Below, piece after piece: positions 33,268-43,356 of a DNA stretch of 64,000 nt. Made by a program: the position numbers and the translations under genes. The stretch's first letter is position 1; the number at the start of each line of letters is the position of its first letter. The stretch covers positions 64,001 through 128,000 of the forward strand of contig CAWBQK010000007.1 in the NCBI GenBank assembly GCA_963791045.1, given 5' to 3'. The DNA is from Candidatus Latescibacterota bacterium (GTDB lineage: Bacteria; Krumholzibacteriota; Krumholzibacteriia; WVZY01). Below the pieces are notes generated by a model. The model did no database searches and was not told where the DNA came from. It saw nothing but the letters and a program-made list of their open reading frames with translations.

Positions 33268-33930
33268 TCAACTCATCAGACGGAAGCGGATCTGGAAACG
33301 GATCCACATCGGCACTGCTCGACCGTCGACGACAGGCGGTTTGAACCTGTAAGATCGTACAGCCCTGAGCGTGGCGTATTCAAAACTCTTCGGGCCGGTG
33401 GCCGCGAGGACAAAAACTTCTTCTACTCGTCCCCCCTCGTTGACAAGAATCTCGACGGTTACATCACCTTCGATCCCATTGTCCAGCTCATACGGCGGAT
33501 ACATCGGTTTGACCATGTGAAGGATCACGTAGTCCTCCGAATAGGGGACACTTGTGTGCGCCGGATAATGGCGCGCAACTTCCTTGTCGAGTTCCGGTGT
33601 TATTTTCTCTTCGGGCTTCTTCGTGGGTTCCTGTTGGCGCTTTGCTCCGGGAGCCTCTCCCTTATCTTCCCACTCTTCAATCTCGAGTGCGGTCATTGCC
33701 CGTTTTTTGCTGGTTTGCCTTATCTCTTCAAAGGGATCGTTATCCGGGACAATCGTAATTTCGGGGAGAACGTTGGTAGCGCCTTCCCAGCCGAAACGCT
33801 TTTCAATAACTTCGTAGGGCACCACATCGGAGAAGATAAAAACGGAGGCGACGATCAGAATAGCAACAGGGGCGACGAACAACACTCGTCGATGGTATTC
33901 GACCTCTTTGTCGTGAATAGTACGACCCAT
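33268..33930 (-). CDS. TonB family protein (N-terminal TM, TonB C-terminal domain)
   Basis: KPMYP...GIEGDVTVEILV..GRV, FKPPVVDG.AVP; one N-terminal TM. Confidence 0.85.
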   Translation of the reverse strand: MGRTIHDKEVEYHRRVLFVAPVAILIVASVFIFSDVVPYEVIEKRFGWEGATNVLPEITIVPDNDPFEEIRQTSKKRAMTALEIEEWEDKGEAPGAKRQQEPTKKPEEKITPELDKEVARHYPAHTSVPYSEDYVILHMVKPMYPPYELDNGIEGDVTVEILVNEGGRVEEVFVLAATGPKSFEYATLRAVRSYRFKPPVVDGRAVPMWIRFQIRFRLMS

Positions 33931-33997
33931 AAGCAATTGTCCCCAACCTCAAATATAATATCAAGTTACCCGTGAAGCAAGCCATATGACTCTCGAA

Positions 33998-36364
33998 TCA
34001 ACGCTTGCGCGGAACCGTCACATCCAGACGCCCGTTTTCGCCGGGTTGAATCGATATTTCGTAGGGACCGACCAGCTGCCCGCCTCGCTGCAGGACGACG
34101 CGGTGGTCCCCCGGGGGCAAAAGGTCAAATTGAACGACCCCCTCGTTTGATAGGAGAAGGCGCCAGGTGTTATCGATCGTGACGAGCCAGTTTGCCGCTG
34201 CCGTGGCGGCGGATTGGGGTAGTTCCGCTTCAACGACAACACGGAGCGATGCGGTGTCATCGACACCAAAGTTCGCGAGGATTCCGCAGAAAATTCCGTA
34301 AGCCTGCAGGCGTTGATACCAGGGTTCCGAGAGCCGGAGCTCTTCGTCCAGGTCGGCGAGCGACGGCGGTTCGACTATTATCGCAGGGCAAGCGGTTTGT
34401 TGGAGCGGGTATGTCACAGTCTCGAGCGGGAAGGCGGGACTTAGAACAAGTGATTTCGATAGCGCGTCACCGACGTCCGTCGCCAGGGCGTGGCCTCTTT
34501 GACTTCCCGGAAAAAAGTAGGTTGTAACGGAACGTCCCGTATCGGACGGCTCGGAACGGTGGCGGATCTCCACGTAACGATTGGCTCGGAACTGATTGGT
34601 CAGGGTTACGATGTCGCGATCCGACAGTGTTTCTTCGGTGGCTCTCGCCAGGCGTGTTTCCGCTCCCGCCGCCTGGAGATACTCGGCGAGATATCGCGCG
34701 ACGTGAAGATTGACGTGAGGACCGGAGAGACCCAGGTTGCCAATACCGAATTCAGAACCGAATCCGCCTTCGGGGTTGATAAAGAAACGCGCGCCGATAA
34801 GTTTGCCGTCAAACCACGGGACCAGGGCCAGCGTGTCCGGTATTTCTCCCGTTAACTCGACGGGTATGTAACCGGGAGCTGCGATTCTCATGTCTCCAGT
34901 GCCCAGCGCCGATTCGGGGACGAGATACGTGTTTGTTTCGGATCCCTCGACGATCGGCACGTTGCCGGAGATGAACACCGCGCGACGGATGTTCGACTGG
35001 TCGTTTTTGTCGACAAGTGTAAACGCGCGAAACCCCGTCGATTCAGCCGAAGTACGGTCGATCGTATGTTCGAAGCCGCCGGCGATGAGTTTCAAGGCGG
35101 ATGTTCCCGCGGGGATGCCGACGGCGAATTCGATCATTCCGCGGTGAACGCTGGCTTTCGTTGCTTCGTTGCCGTCTTCGAATTCGAGCGCCGTCCACTC
35201 ACCATTCGGTTCTTCGCGGACCGAGGCGGACACATCAACGATGTTTCCATCGGCTATCGCGATGCCCCTGTTGTCGAGAATCCGGGCACGGATTTGAAGC
35301 GTTCCGCCCGCCTCCGGAATGGGGTCCGGTTCGCACAAAAAGATTGCATGGCGCGGCGCGTGATTGAGTTCGAAACGGTATCCGTGGATCTGACTCGAAT
35401 TGCCGAGCAGGTTTCGTGTTCGAAGCGTGACATCGTAGGATCCGTTTGGTGTGTCCCACGGCAGTCGGTATCCGACCGTCGTGCCGGCCGGGTCGAGGGA
35501 GGCATCCACCGGCGCTCCGTTTATCTTCATGTCGATGCCCGCGGGATCGACACCAACTCCACCGATGTCGGACACCGAAAACGCAAGATAGGGAACACTG
35601 ATCAGTATCGAATCTCCCGCTTCGGGGGCCAACTGTTCCAGTCGTGGTGTTCCCCTCGAGAAATATTCCAGAACACCAAGAAAATATGCTTCGGCCTCGA
35701 GACGTTGTTTTTCCGAGAGTCTCAGGTTTTTTTCGACACTCGTATTGGTCAGGTAGCTTCCCTCGCCGAGAATCGCTGGAATATCGACATTTCTAAGCAT
35801 GTAATAGTTGCCGGGTCTAACTTCGCCGTTATCGATCCCAAGATTTCTCATGAGGTGTCTGTGAACCGAAAAGGCGAGGTCGCGCGAAGCGGGGTCGCCG
35901 AGTTTGTAGTAGGTCTCGGTGGCATTCTTGTCCGGGTCGCGCTGCGCATGGGCGTTGTGGTGGATCGAAACCAGTATATCGGGCTGGAGCGAATCCACCA
36001 TCTCAACGCGGATCTGGAGATCCGCGGCGACGGTAGTGTCGGCATCGGTGAGAAAATCTTTTTCGGCCGAGCGTGTCAGATACACTTCGGCCCCGGCTTC
36101 GTGCAAAAGTCCCCAGAGGTAGAGCGACACTCCCAGGTTGACCATAGATTCCTCAAGCCCGTTCTGGCCTCGCGTCCCTGCGTAGTGCCCGCCGTGTCCC
36201 GGGTCCACGACGATACGCCGTCCGGCGAGGATTCCCGGATCCAGACGCGGAAGGTCTTCGGTCAGACCGCGGTAAACGTTGTCAATTTTGGGTTTTGGAG
36301 GTTTTGTACACCCGGCGGCCACGAGCGCCGCGCACACTAAAACGAGCCAGAATCGTACTCTCAT
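33998..36364 (-). CDS. Lipoprotein N-acetylmuramoyl-L-alanine amidase with two Amidase_3-like domains
   Basis: Lipobox VAAGC; domain 1 VDPGHGG, ESMVNL, SIHHNA, ILGE; domain 2 FINPEGG, PHVNL, EIRH, IIVE. Confidence 0.85.
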   Translation of the reverse strand: MRVRFWLVLVCAALVAAGCTKPPKPKIDNVYRGLTEDLPRLDPGILAGRRIVVDPGHGGHYAGTRGQNGLEESMVNLGVSLYLWGLLHEAGAEVYLTRSAEKDFLTDADTTVAADLQIRVEMVDSLQPDILVSIHHNAHAQRDPDKNATETYYKLGDPASRDLAFSVHRHLMRNLGIDNGEVRPGNYYMLRNVDIPAILGEGSYLTNTSVEKNLRLSEKQRLEAEAYFLGVLEYFSRGTPRLEQLAPEAGDSILISVPYLAFSVSDIGGVGVDPAGIDMKINGAPVDASLDPAGTTVGYRLPWDTPNGSYDVTLRTRNLLGNSSQIHGYRFELNHAPRHAIFLCEPDPIPEAGGTLQIRARILDNRGIAIADGNIVDVSASVREEPNGEWTALEFEDGNEATKASVHRGMIEFAVGIPAGTSALKLIAGGFEHTIDRTSAESTGFRAFTLVDKNDQSNIRRAVFISGNVPIVEGSETNTYLVPESALGTGDMRIAAPGYIPVELTGEIPDTLALVPWFDGKLIGARFFINPEGGFGSEFGIGNLGLSGPHVNLHVARYLAEYLQAAGAETRLARATEETLSDRDIVTLTNQFRANRYVEIRHRSEPSDTGRSVTTYFFPGSQRGHALATDVGDALSKSLVLSPAFPLETVTYPLQQTACPAIIVEPPSLADLDEELRLSEPWYQRLQAYGIFCGILANFGVDDTASLRVVVEAELPQSAATAAANWLVTIDNTWRLLLSNEGVVQFDLLPPGDHRVVLQRGGQLVGPYEISIQPGENGRLDVTVPRKR

Positions 36365-36581
36365 CTCGGCGACTCCAGGATAACAGGCCGGGAACGACGG
36401 GTTCAGGCCGAGTATCCCGAGCGGCGGGATTTTTGTAAAGCTCAATTGGGATCATAAGGAATCGCGACCGGGTGTCCGAAAAGCGGCATTCTCGGCGTAA
36501 GAAAGGTGTTTATATAGATTGACCGTTTTCGCCCGGCTGTGATAGTAGACACAGAAGGCCGCTTGCTGCGAGAGGAAGCCA

Positions 36582-38003
36582 ATGGGTCGTCCGGACGACA
36601 AAAACTCCCTGCGTTTGATACCCCCAGTCGACGAAATCCTCGGTCTGTCCGAGATTTCCGCGCTCCGGCTGGATTATCCGCGTTTTCCCTGGACCCGCGC
36701 CGTGCGCGGCGTGGTCGGCGAACTGCGTGCGGGAAAACTTGGGCCGATCGAAAAAGACCGGGAAGGAATTTCGGGGCAAATCGTTCGCCGGATTGCCGGG
36801 ATGGTTGGGGATTTCAAGAATGCGGGGATGCGGCGTGTAATAAACGGCACGGGAGTCATCCTGAATACGAACCTGGGGCGGGCGATCGCCTGCGCCGAAG
36901 TCTCCCGGGCGGTCACCGACGCGCTCGAGCATTATGTGAATCTCGAAATCGATCTCGAGTCGGGTAAGCGGAGCCACCGGGGCGAGATGCTCGTCGAACT
37001 TTTTCGGCTTTTGACCGGAGCCGAAGAGGCGATGGTCGTAAACAACAACGCCGCCGCTGTGTATCTGGTTGTCAATTCGGTGTCCCCGCCGGGGCGGGTC
37101 ATAGTATCGCGGGGAGAACTTGTTGAGATCGGCGGGAGCTTCCGGCTTCCCGATATTCTCGATAACGCGGCGGGAACCGTGATCGAAGTGGGGACGACCA
37201 ACCGGACCTACGCGGAGGATTATGCAAAGGTGGCCAAGCCCGGCGACATGATCCTCAAGGTTCATCCCAGCAATTATGACATAAAGGGTTTTACGCACGC
37301 GCCCGCGATCAGCGAACTCGTCCGCGTCGGCGAGGAAAAAAAGTGCCACGTCGTTTATGACGTTGGAAGCGGTTGTTTTTTTGATTTTGCGGCGCGCGGG
37401 TTGGAGGGTGAACAACTCGTCGAGGAAATTCTGCAGACGGGTGTGGACTGCGTGACGATGAGCGGAGACAAGCTACTCGGCGGGGTCCAGGCGGGGGTGA
37501 TCGTGGGTCGGCGGAAGTTCCTCGATATTGTGCGAGGCAACCCGATGAGACGCGCGCTCAGGATTGACAAGGTAACGATTGCCGCCCTGCAGGCGCTCGT
37601 GAGAACGTATCTTTTTGACAAACACCCCGAGAAGATCGTTCCGATACTCGCACAGTCGACCGGGGATATCGAGGCGTACAGAAAACGCGCCGGTCGCATT
37701 GCCGAGCGTCTGAGTCCGGCGCACGATGGTGATTTCAAAATCGAAATCGTCGATGATCTTGCAACGATCGGCGGCGGGAGCTTTGCCTGTCAGGACGTTC
37801 CGTCCGCCGCGGTTTGTATTCGATGCACATCGGAACAAGCCGCCGTGGCGCTGGCGAAAAAGATGCGAACAAAAGAAATTCCGATACTGTCGCGGATCAA
37901 GGGTGTGGAGGTACGGATCAATCTCAGGAGTGTCTTGCCGTACGAAGACGATGATCTTTGCGCCGGGCTTGACGTCGCTCTGAGCAACCCCAGCGATCGA
38001 TGA
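36582..38003 (+). CDS. selA: L-seryl-tRNA(Sec) selenium transferase
   Basis: VINGTGVILNTNLGRA, VNNNAAA, SRGELVEIGGSFR, EVGTTNRT, SGDKLLGG (PLP Lys). Confidence 0.93.
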   Translation: MGRPDDKNSLRLIPPVDEILGLSEISALRLDYPRFPWTRAVRGVVGELRAGKLGPIEKDREGISGQIVRRIAGMVGDFKNAGMRRVINGTGVILNTNLGRAIACAEVSRAVTDALEHYVNLEIDLESGKRSHRGEMLVELFRLLTGAEEAMVVNNNAAAVYLVVNSVSPPGRVIVSRGELVEIGGSFRLPDILDNAAGTVIEVGTTNRTYAEDYAKVAKPGDMILKVHPSNYDIKGFTHAPAISELVRVGEEKKCHVVYDVGSGCFFDFAARGLEGEQLVEEILQTGVDCVTMSGDKLLGGVQAGVIVGRRKFLDIVRGNPMRRALRIDKVTIAALQALVRTYLFDKHPEKIVPILAQSTGDIEAYRKRAGRIAERLSPAHDGDFKIEIVDDLATIGGGSFACQDVPSAAVCIRCTSEQAAVALAKKMRTKEIPILSRIKGVEVRINLRSVLPYEDDDLCAGLDVALSNPSDR

Positions 38004-38006
38004 GAG

Positions 38007-39686
38007 GTGAACGGGCAGCCGCCGTTTCAGGGCTCCCGCTATTCGATGGATGATTTGAGGACTTTCGAATTTGGCGCCGATCTTGAGATGCTAAAAGGCG
38101 CGTACGAGAAGGGTAGACTCCCGGGCCATCTCGAGGATCCCTTCCGGGCGATGGTGACCGATATCGTGACCAAAGTCCGTGAGAAACCGTTGTCGATTTA
38201 TCTGTGCTCGCCCGAGGAAGACGCCGAGGTCCGAAACCTGATGGGTTTTTTTCTGACTCGGCTTGTCCACCAACACATTCCCACGGTGCTTCTTGTTGAT
38301 TGCGATTTTCTTTCGGTGGGCATGACGGGAATAATTCCGCAACGCGATGCGCTCGGTTTTCTCGACCTGCTTCTCTACGGGACGTCGCTCGGTGTTATTT
38401 CGCAGGAAGCTGAACACGGCGTGCGGATAATCGGCGCGGGATCTTTTCCCGTTACCAAAAAGAGTCCGTTTGCCATGGATGCGTTCGAGAGCGCGCGGCG
38501 CTACCTGGCCAGTCAAGCGAGGTGCGTGATCTATTGCGGGCCCGTTCTCGACGATGAGGAACACCTGCATCCGCTCGTTGAAGCCGTTGACCTCGCCGCT
38601 CTCGTGAGGTTGGGAGATCACTTCGACCCGCGTTTTCTCGATCCGTTCGAGGAAAAGATTTCGGCGGTCGGTGCTGGAGGGGCGTGGAGCGTGAGGCTCG
38701 ACAAGAGCATCCCGATCGACCGCGCGGTTCCGGAGTTCGAAGCCCCAAAACCGTCCGCGGCGCCGAAGGACAAGCAGCAACCCACGCTTGTTGCCGAAGT
38801 GGAAGAGCTTGTTGAACGGGCGGGCCTGCTCGATTCGTCGGAAAAGAAATCAGAACCGGTGGATGACAGACGGGCGTCGAAGAAGCCGCTCGAACCCGGC
38901 AGTATCCCTGTCGAATCGCCCGATGTCAAAACGCCCCGGGAAGAACAACCACCACCGGACAGACCGGAAGCCAAACCACCGTCGCCGCCGCCCTCGAAAC
39001 CCGCGCGGCCAGTTGAAAAACCGTCCCTCTCGCCGCGGCCGTCCGAACCTCTCCGGCGGGAACACAGAGCCGAATCTCCCGGCGTGAGACGCCGTTTCAA
39101 CGGATCCCTGATCTTTCGGCTGGCAATTTTGTCGGTAGCCGTAATGCTGGTTGTATTTGTTTTCTGGTGGCTCTTCCTGACGAAGCCGGTCCGCGAACGC
39201 GAACAGGCCCCCGCCGAACTTGTCAAGCAACCGGCGGCGTCCGGAGAGGCGATCCCGGGTTCCATGGGGGTGGATTCGACACAAACCGGCGGGTCAGAGG
39301 GGCAGGCAGTGGACGAGGTGCCGCCGGAAACGGCGCCGGCCAAAACAGTCGACGAAGAAGAGCCGGCCGACGCCGGCGACGGAGGCGGCGCGATCCCAAA
39401 ACCGGACCGCGTGGAGGTGGCGGAGACGCTCGACAATTATGCCAATCAGTATCTCATCCACGTCAGCTCGTTTCGCGAAGTGAAGAACGCGCAGGACGAG
39501 GCGTTTTATCTTCTCGGGTGGGGGTATCCGGTGTTCATTTACCGCGCCGATCTTGGAAGCAAGGGGATGTGGTACCGGGTGTACGTGGGACCGTCTATGA
39601 CGCGTGAGGAAGCCATGAAACACAAAATAAAGCTGGACGAAAATCGCAGAATCAAGTCTACTCGCATCGCGCGGGTGCCCGGGTAG
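38007..39686 (+). CDS. Membrane protein: degenerate BY-kinase/MinD-like domain, Pro-rich linker, TM, periplasmic SPOR domain
   Basis: VLLVDCD, GFLDLL, IIGAGSFP; TM ~39108-39180; YLIHVSSF...WYRVYVGP SPOR signature. Confidence 0.75.
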   Translation: MNGQPPFQGSRYSMDDLRTFEFGADLEMLKGAYEKGRLPGHLEDPFRAMVTDIVTKVREKPLSIYLCSPEEDAEVRNLMGFFLTRLVHQHIPTVLLVDCDFLSVGMTGIIPQRDALGFLDLLLYGTSLGVISQEAEHGVRIIGAGSFPVTKKSPFAMDAFESARRYLASQARCVIYCGPVLDDEEHLHPLVEAVDLAALVRLGDHFDPRFLDPFEEKISAVGAGGAWSVRLDKSIPIDRAVPEFEAPKPSAAPKDKQQPTLVAEVEELVERAGLLDSSEKKSEPVDDRRASKKPLEPGSIPVESPDVKTPREEQPPPDRPEAKPPSPPPSKPARPVEKPSLSPRPSEPLRREHRAESPGVRRRFNGSLIFRLAILSVAVMLVVFVFWWLFLTKPVREREQAPAELVKQPAASGEAIPGSMGVDSTQTGGSEGQAVDEVPPETAPAKTVDEEEPADAGDGGGAIPKPDRVEVAETLDNYANQYLIHVSSFREVKNAQDEAFYLLGWGYPVFIYRADLGSKGMWYRVYVGPSMTREEAMKHKIKLDENRRIKSTRIARVPG

Positions 39687-39735
39687 GGGGTAACCCGTTT
39701 GGCCAAAACAGTGTACACATCTGGAGGATTCGATA

Positions 39736-42700
39736 TTGAATCTCACGAGGATTGAGATCGCCGGTTTCAAATCGTTTGAAAACCGCCTGGGGATGAACTT
39801 TACGGGCGGGATAACGGCCGTTTTGGGGCCGAACGGTTGTGGAAAAACCAATATCGTGGACGCAATCCGCTGGGTTCTTGGCGAGCAGAAGACGAGACTG
39901 CTCCGGAACACGAAGATGGAAAACGTCATCTTCAACGGCACGAAAAAGCGTAAGCAGTTGGGAATGGCCGAAGTCCATCTGACTCTGTCCAACGAGGACC
40001 GTGCCCTGCCACTCGACTATTCGGAAATTACGATTTCGAGAAAACTCTTTCGTGACGGCGGGAGCGAATACTCGATAAATGGCGAAATCGCCCGTCTCAA
40101 GGACATCCGATCGCTCCTCGTGGATACTGGTTTGGGAAATCACACCTACTCGATCATCGAGCGCGAAATGGTTGACTCGGTGATTAGCGAAAAGGACCAG
40201 GACAAACGTTTTCTTCTCGAAGAGGCCGCCGGCGTTATGCGGTACAGACTTCAGAGAGAAGAGGCGCTTCGCAAAATCTCGCACACCGAAAATGATTTGA
40301 CCCGGTTGAACGACATCCTCGCAGAACTCGACAAGGAAATCCGCTCGCTCCGCTATCAAATGGGCAAAGCGAAAAGATACTCACGCTTGAGAGAGAAGCT
40401 CGAGGTGATGGAGTCGGCGCTCGTCAAACGGTCTCTCTACGATTTGCTCGGCGAAGTCGACGAGATAAAGAAAGAGAAGACACGTCACGAGGGAATCACG
40501 CTCGCCGACGACAATGACATCACGGTGCGGGAAGACCGGCTGCAGAAACTCCGGATAGAGGCGGCGGAGCTTGAGCGCCGTTTGCAGGATTTCTACGAGA
40601 ACAGACATCAGCTGAGTCAATCGCTCCAACAGCACGAGGAACGCATTGCGATTCTCACGGAACGAATGACGAGCAACGAAAACCGGATCCGGGAGGATGA
40701 CGAGGAAATCCAGCGCTCGCGCAAAAAGCTTGAATCGCTTGGTGAAGAGCTTGTCGGATTGAGGGAGGTTGTGGAGGGGAAGGAGACCGTTCTCGAGAAT
40801 CGCCGCGGCGAGTTAATGAAAGCGGAAGGTTCTTTCAGGGAAGCCGCGGGCCGGTTGAATGTCGTCCGTGGTGAAATCCGTGACCGCAAACAACTCGAGC
40901 TCGACCTGCTTCGTGAGCAGGAACGTGTTCGGGGAATACGCGAACATCTCTCCGAACGGCTCAAAGAGGTTCGCGAGAAGAAAGAGAGAGACGGCGGAGA
41001 CCTGGAGAGACTCACCTCAAAGCGCTCTGACCTGGATGCGCGGCTCGAAGAGGGCCGGGCGGAGGCGGAAGCGAAGCGAATTCGCATCGGTTTTCTGAAC
41101 GACAGGCTCGAAGAGCTGGCGGAGAAAACGGAGAGGGTCGTGGAGAAGATCGCGGAGTGTGACGACGCCACATCTCATCAGACAATCGAACTCAACCGCT
41201 TCAAGGAAAAAACAGATCTTCTCAAACGCATAAAAAGCGAGCATACGCAGCGGGAAGATGAATTTGTTACGGAAACGGGGCGGGTGAAGGGAATTCTCGC
41301 GGATCGCGTCCGTGTCGACAAAAAATTTAGAAGGTGTTTCGAGGCGTGCCTGTCACCCGTGCTGCAGTCGCTTCTTACCGAGAGCAAGGCGGACGCGCTC
41401 CAATGCGTCGAAGAAATCCGTGGCAACGGTAACGGCAACGGGAAAGGGAAAGTCCAGATTCTCTATCCCAACGGGAACGGAGGCCGTTCCAACGGGCCGG
41501 ACGACGGATCGTCTCTTGGTCATGCGCTCGATTTCCTCGACGGCGATGATGGCGTGATGGATTACCTGGGTTCGTATCTCTCCGATGTTTACGTTGCCGA
41601 GAATGTCAGTAACGCGATGTCGATGCTTGAGAGGAATCCGAAGCGGCGTGTCGCCACGCTCGACGGTATCTTCTTTGACGGTCCCGGCCGGATCATGGTT
41701 GCCGGGTCGGACGATATTGAAATGACGGTCCTCGAATTCGATTCGAAGATTGAGGAACTTGTCAGTTCGATCGAATCGTGCGAAGCGCAGATCACGGGAT
41801 TGCAGCAAAAACGTGAAGAACTCGGTGGATCGAAAACCGGTTATGGTGAAGAAATCACCGCTCTGCGTTTGGAGCTTCGCGGCGTCGAAGCGGAAAACGA
41901 GAGGGTCGTGGATTCGCGCGGTGAACTTGAGAAGCAACTCGCCGTTGTCGACGAGAAGCTTGCCAACCTTGCCGCGGCCCAGGCCGAATACAAGAGAGTG
42001 ATAGACGATCTCTCCGGAAAACTCGCCGTCGCGCCGGAGTCGTCATCCGAGATGGATGACGACGAGGCCATCGGCAGGGAATTGACCGCCCTCGAGAGAC
42101 GCGCGCTCGATCTCGAACGGGAGAAAGAAGCTCTGGGAGAAAGTACGGCGATGATCAAGCTTGATATCGCCACGATAACCGGTGAAATCACCACGGCCGC
42201 CGAGAAACGCAAGAATGCCGAAATGCTCGACTCGGAGCTCAAGGAACTTATCGCCTACCGCGAAGAAGACGCAACGCGGTGCCGCGAAGAAATTGAGTCC
42301 GCAAGGACCGACATCGGCGAAGCCCGTGAAAAGATTGGCCGGCTCCATGCGGATGTGGATAAAGTCGAAAAGGACATCGATCTTGCCAAAGAGTCTCACT
42401 CAGAGGTAAGCGAGAACTGCGATACATTTGAAAAAGAACTCAAGGGACTGAAAGACGAACGCGACGACAAGCGCGAAAACATCCAGCGCTGCAATCTCGA
42501 TATCGCCACACGCGAAACGCGGATTCACGATCTCCTGGAGAAAGCCCGTGATAACTTCAACCAGGATCTGGCGCCGTTTGCGCGGGATCGAAGTCGGTTT
42601 GAGCCCGCCGAATGGGAAGAACTCGATTTTGACACACTCGAAGACTTGAGACGGCAGGTCGAGGCCTTTGGGCCGGTCAACATGCTCGCCGTCGACGAGT

Positions 42701-43347
42701 TCAACGAGAGAAAAGAGCGTTTCGACTTCTTGAGTTCCCAAAAGGCGGATCTGGAAGAAGCCAAGGATGCTCTGAATCAGGCGATTCGCCGAATAAACCG
42801 GGAGGCGAGGCGCCGGATCAGCGAGACATTTGAAAAAGTCCGTGAGAACTTCAAGACGACCTTCCTCACGCTTTTTGACGGCGGAGAGGCTGACCTGCTC
42901 TTTGTTGACTCGGACGACCCGTTGGAAGCGAATATCAAGATTGTGGCCAACCCCAAGGGCAAGAGACTGCACGATATCTCAAGCCTGTCGGGCGGCGAAA
43001 GGGCGCTCGTTGCCCTGTCGCTCTTGTTTGCGATTTATCTTGTGAAACCGAGCCCGTTCTGCGTATTTGACGAGGTGGATGCGCCCCTCGATGACGCGAA
43101 TATCGGACGGTTCGTCAAACTTCTCCAGTCATTTACTGACCACACGCGGTTCATCGTGATCACGCATAACAAGAAGACCATGGAGGCCGCGGATACACTC
43201 TATGGTGTGACGATGGAAGAGCCTGGAGTATCCAAAATGATCTCCGTTCATATCGGCGACGTCGACAGATTCCAGGATAACAGACAACCACTTAGAAACG
43301 ACGTCGTGCGGGAATCCACCGACGAAGAAATCCCCGTACAGACATAA
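39736..43347 (+). CDS. smc: Chromosome segregation protein SMC
   Basis: GFKSF, GPNGCGKTN, long coiled coils, hinge, LSGGE, FDEVDAPLD, ITH. Confidence 0.97.
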   Translation: MNLTRIEIAGFKSFENRLGMNFTGGITAVLGPNGCGKTNIVDAIRWVLGEQKTRLLRNTKMENVIFNGTKKRKQLGMAEVHLTLSNEDRALPLDYSEITISRKLFRDGGSEYSINGEIARLKDIRSLLVDTGLGNHTYSIIEREMVDSVISEKDQDKRFLLEEAAGVMRYRLQREEALRKISHTENDLTRLNDILAELDKEIRSLRYQMGKAKRYSRLREKLEVMESALVKRSLYDLLGEVDEIKKEKTRHEGITLADDNDITVREDRLQKLRIEAAELERRLQDFYENRHQLSQSLQQHEERIAILTERMTSNENRIREDDEEIQRSRKKLESLGEELVGLREVVEGKETVLENRRGELMKAEGSFREAAGRLNVVRGEIRDRKQLELDLLREQERVRGIREHLSERLKEVREKKERDGGDLERLTSKRSDLDARLEEGRAEAEAKRIRIGFLNDRLEELAEKTERVVEKIAECDDATSHQTIELNRFKEKTDLLKRIKSEHTQREDEFVTETGRVKGILADRVRVDKKFRRCFEACLSPVLQSLLTESKADALQCVEEIRGNGNGNGKGKVQILYPNGNGGRSNGPDDGSSLGHALDFLDGDDGVMDYLGSYLSDVYVAENVSNAMSMLERNPKRRVATLDGIFFDGPGRIMVAGSDDIEMTVLEFDSKIEELVSSIESCEAQITGLQQKREELGGSKTGYGEEITALRLELRGVEAENERVVDSRGELEKQLAVVDEKLANLAAAQAEYKRVIDDLSGKLAVAPESSSEMDDDEAIGRELTALERRALDLEREKEALGESTAMIKLDIATITGEITTAAEKRKNAEMLDSELKELIAYREEDATRCREEIESARTDIGEAREKIGRLHADVDKVEKDIDLAKESHSEVSENCDTFEKELKGLKDERDDKRENIQRCNLDIATRETRIHDLLEKARDNFNQDLAPFARDRSRFEPAEWEELDFDTLEDLRRQVEAFGPVNMLAVDEFNERKERFDFLSSQKADLEEAKDALNQAIRRINREARRRISETFEKVRENFKTTFLTLFDGGEADLLFVDSDDPLEANIKIVANPKGKRLHDISSLSGGERALVALSLLFAIYLVKPSPFCVFDEVDAPLDDANIGRFVKLLQSFTDHTRFIVITHNKKTMEAADTLYGVTMEEPGVSKMISVHIGDVDRFQDNRQPLRNDVVRESTDEEIPVQT

Positions 43348-43356
43348 GACACAGAT

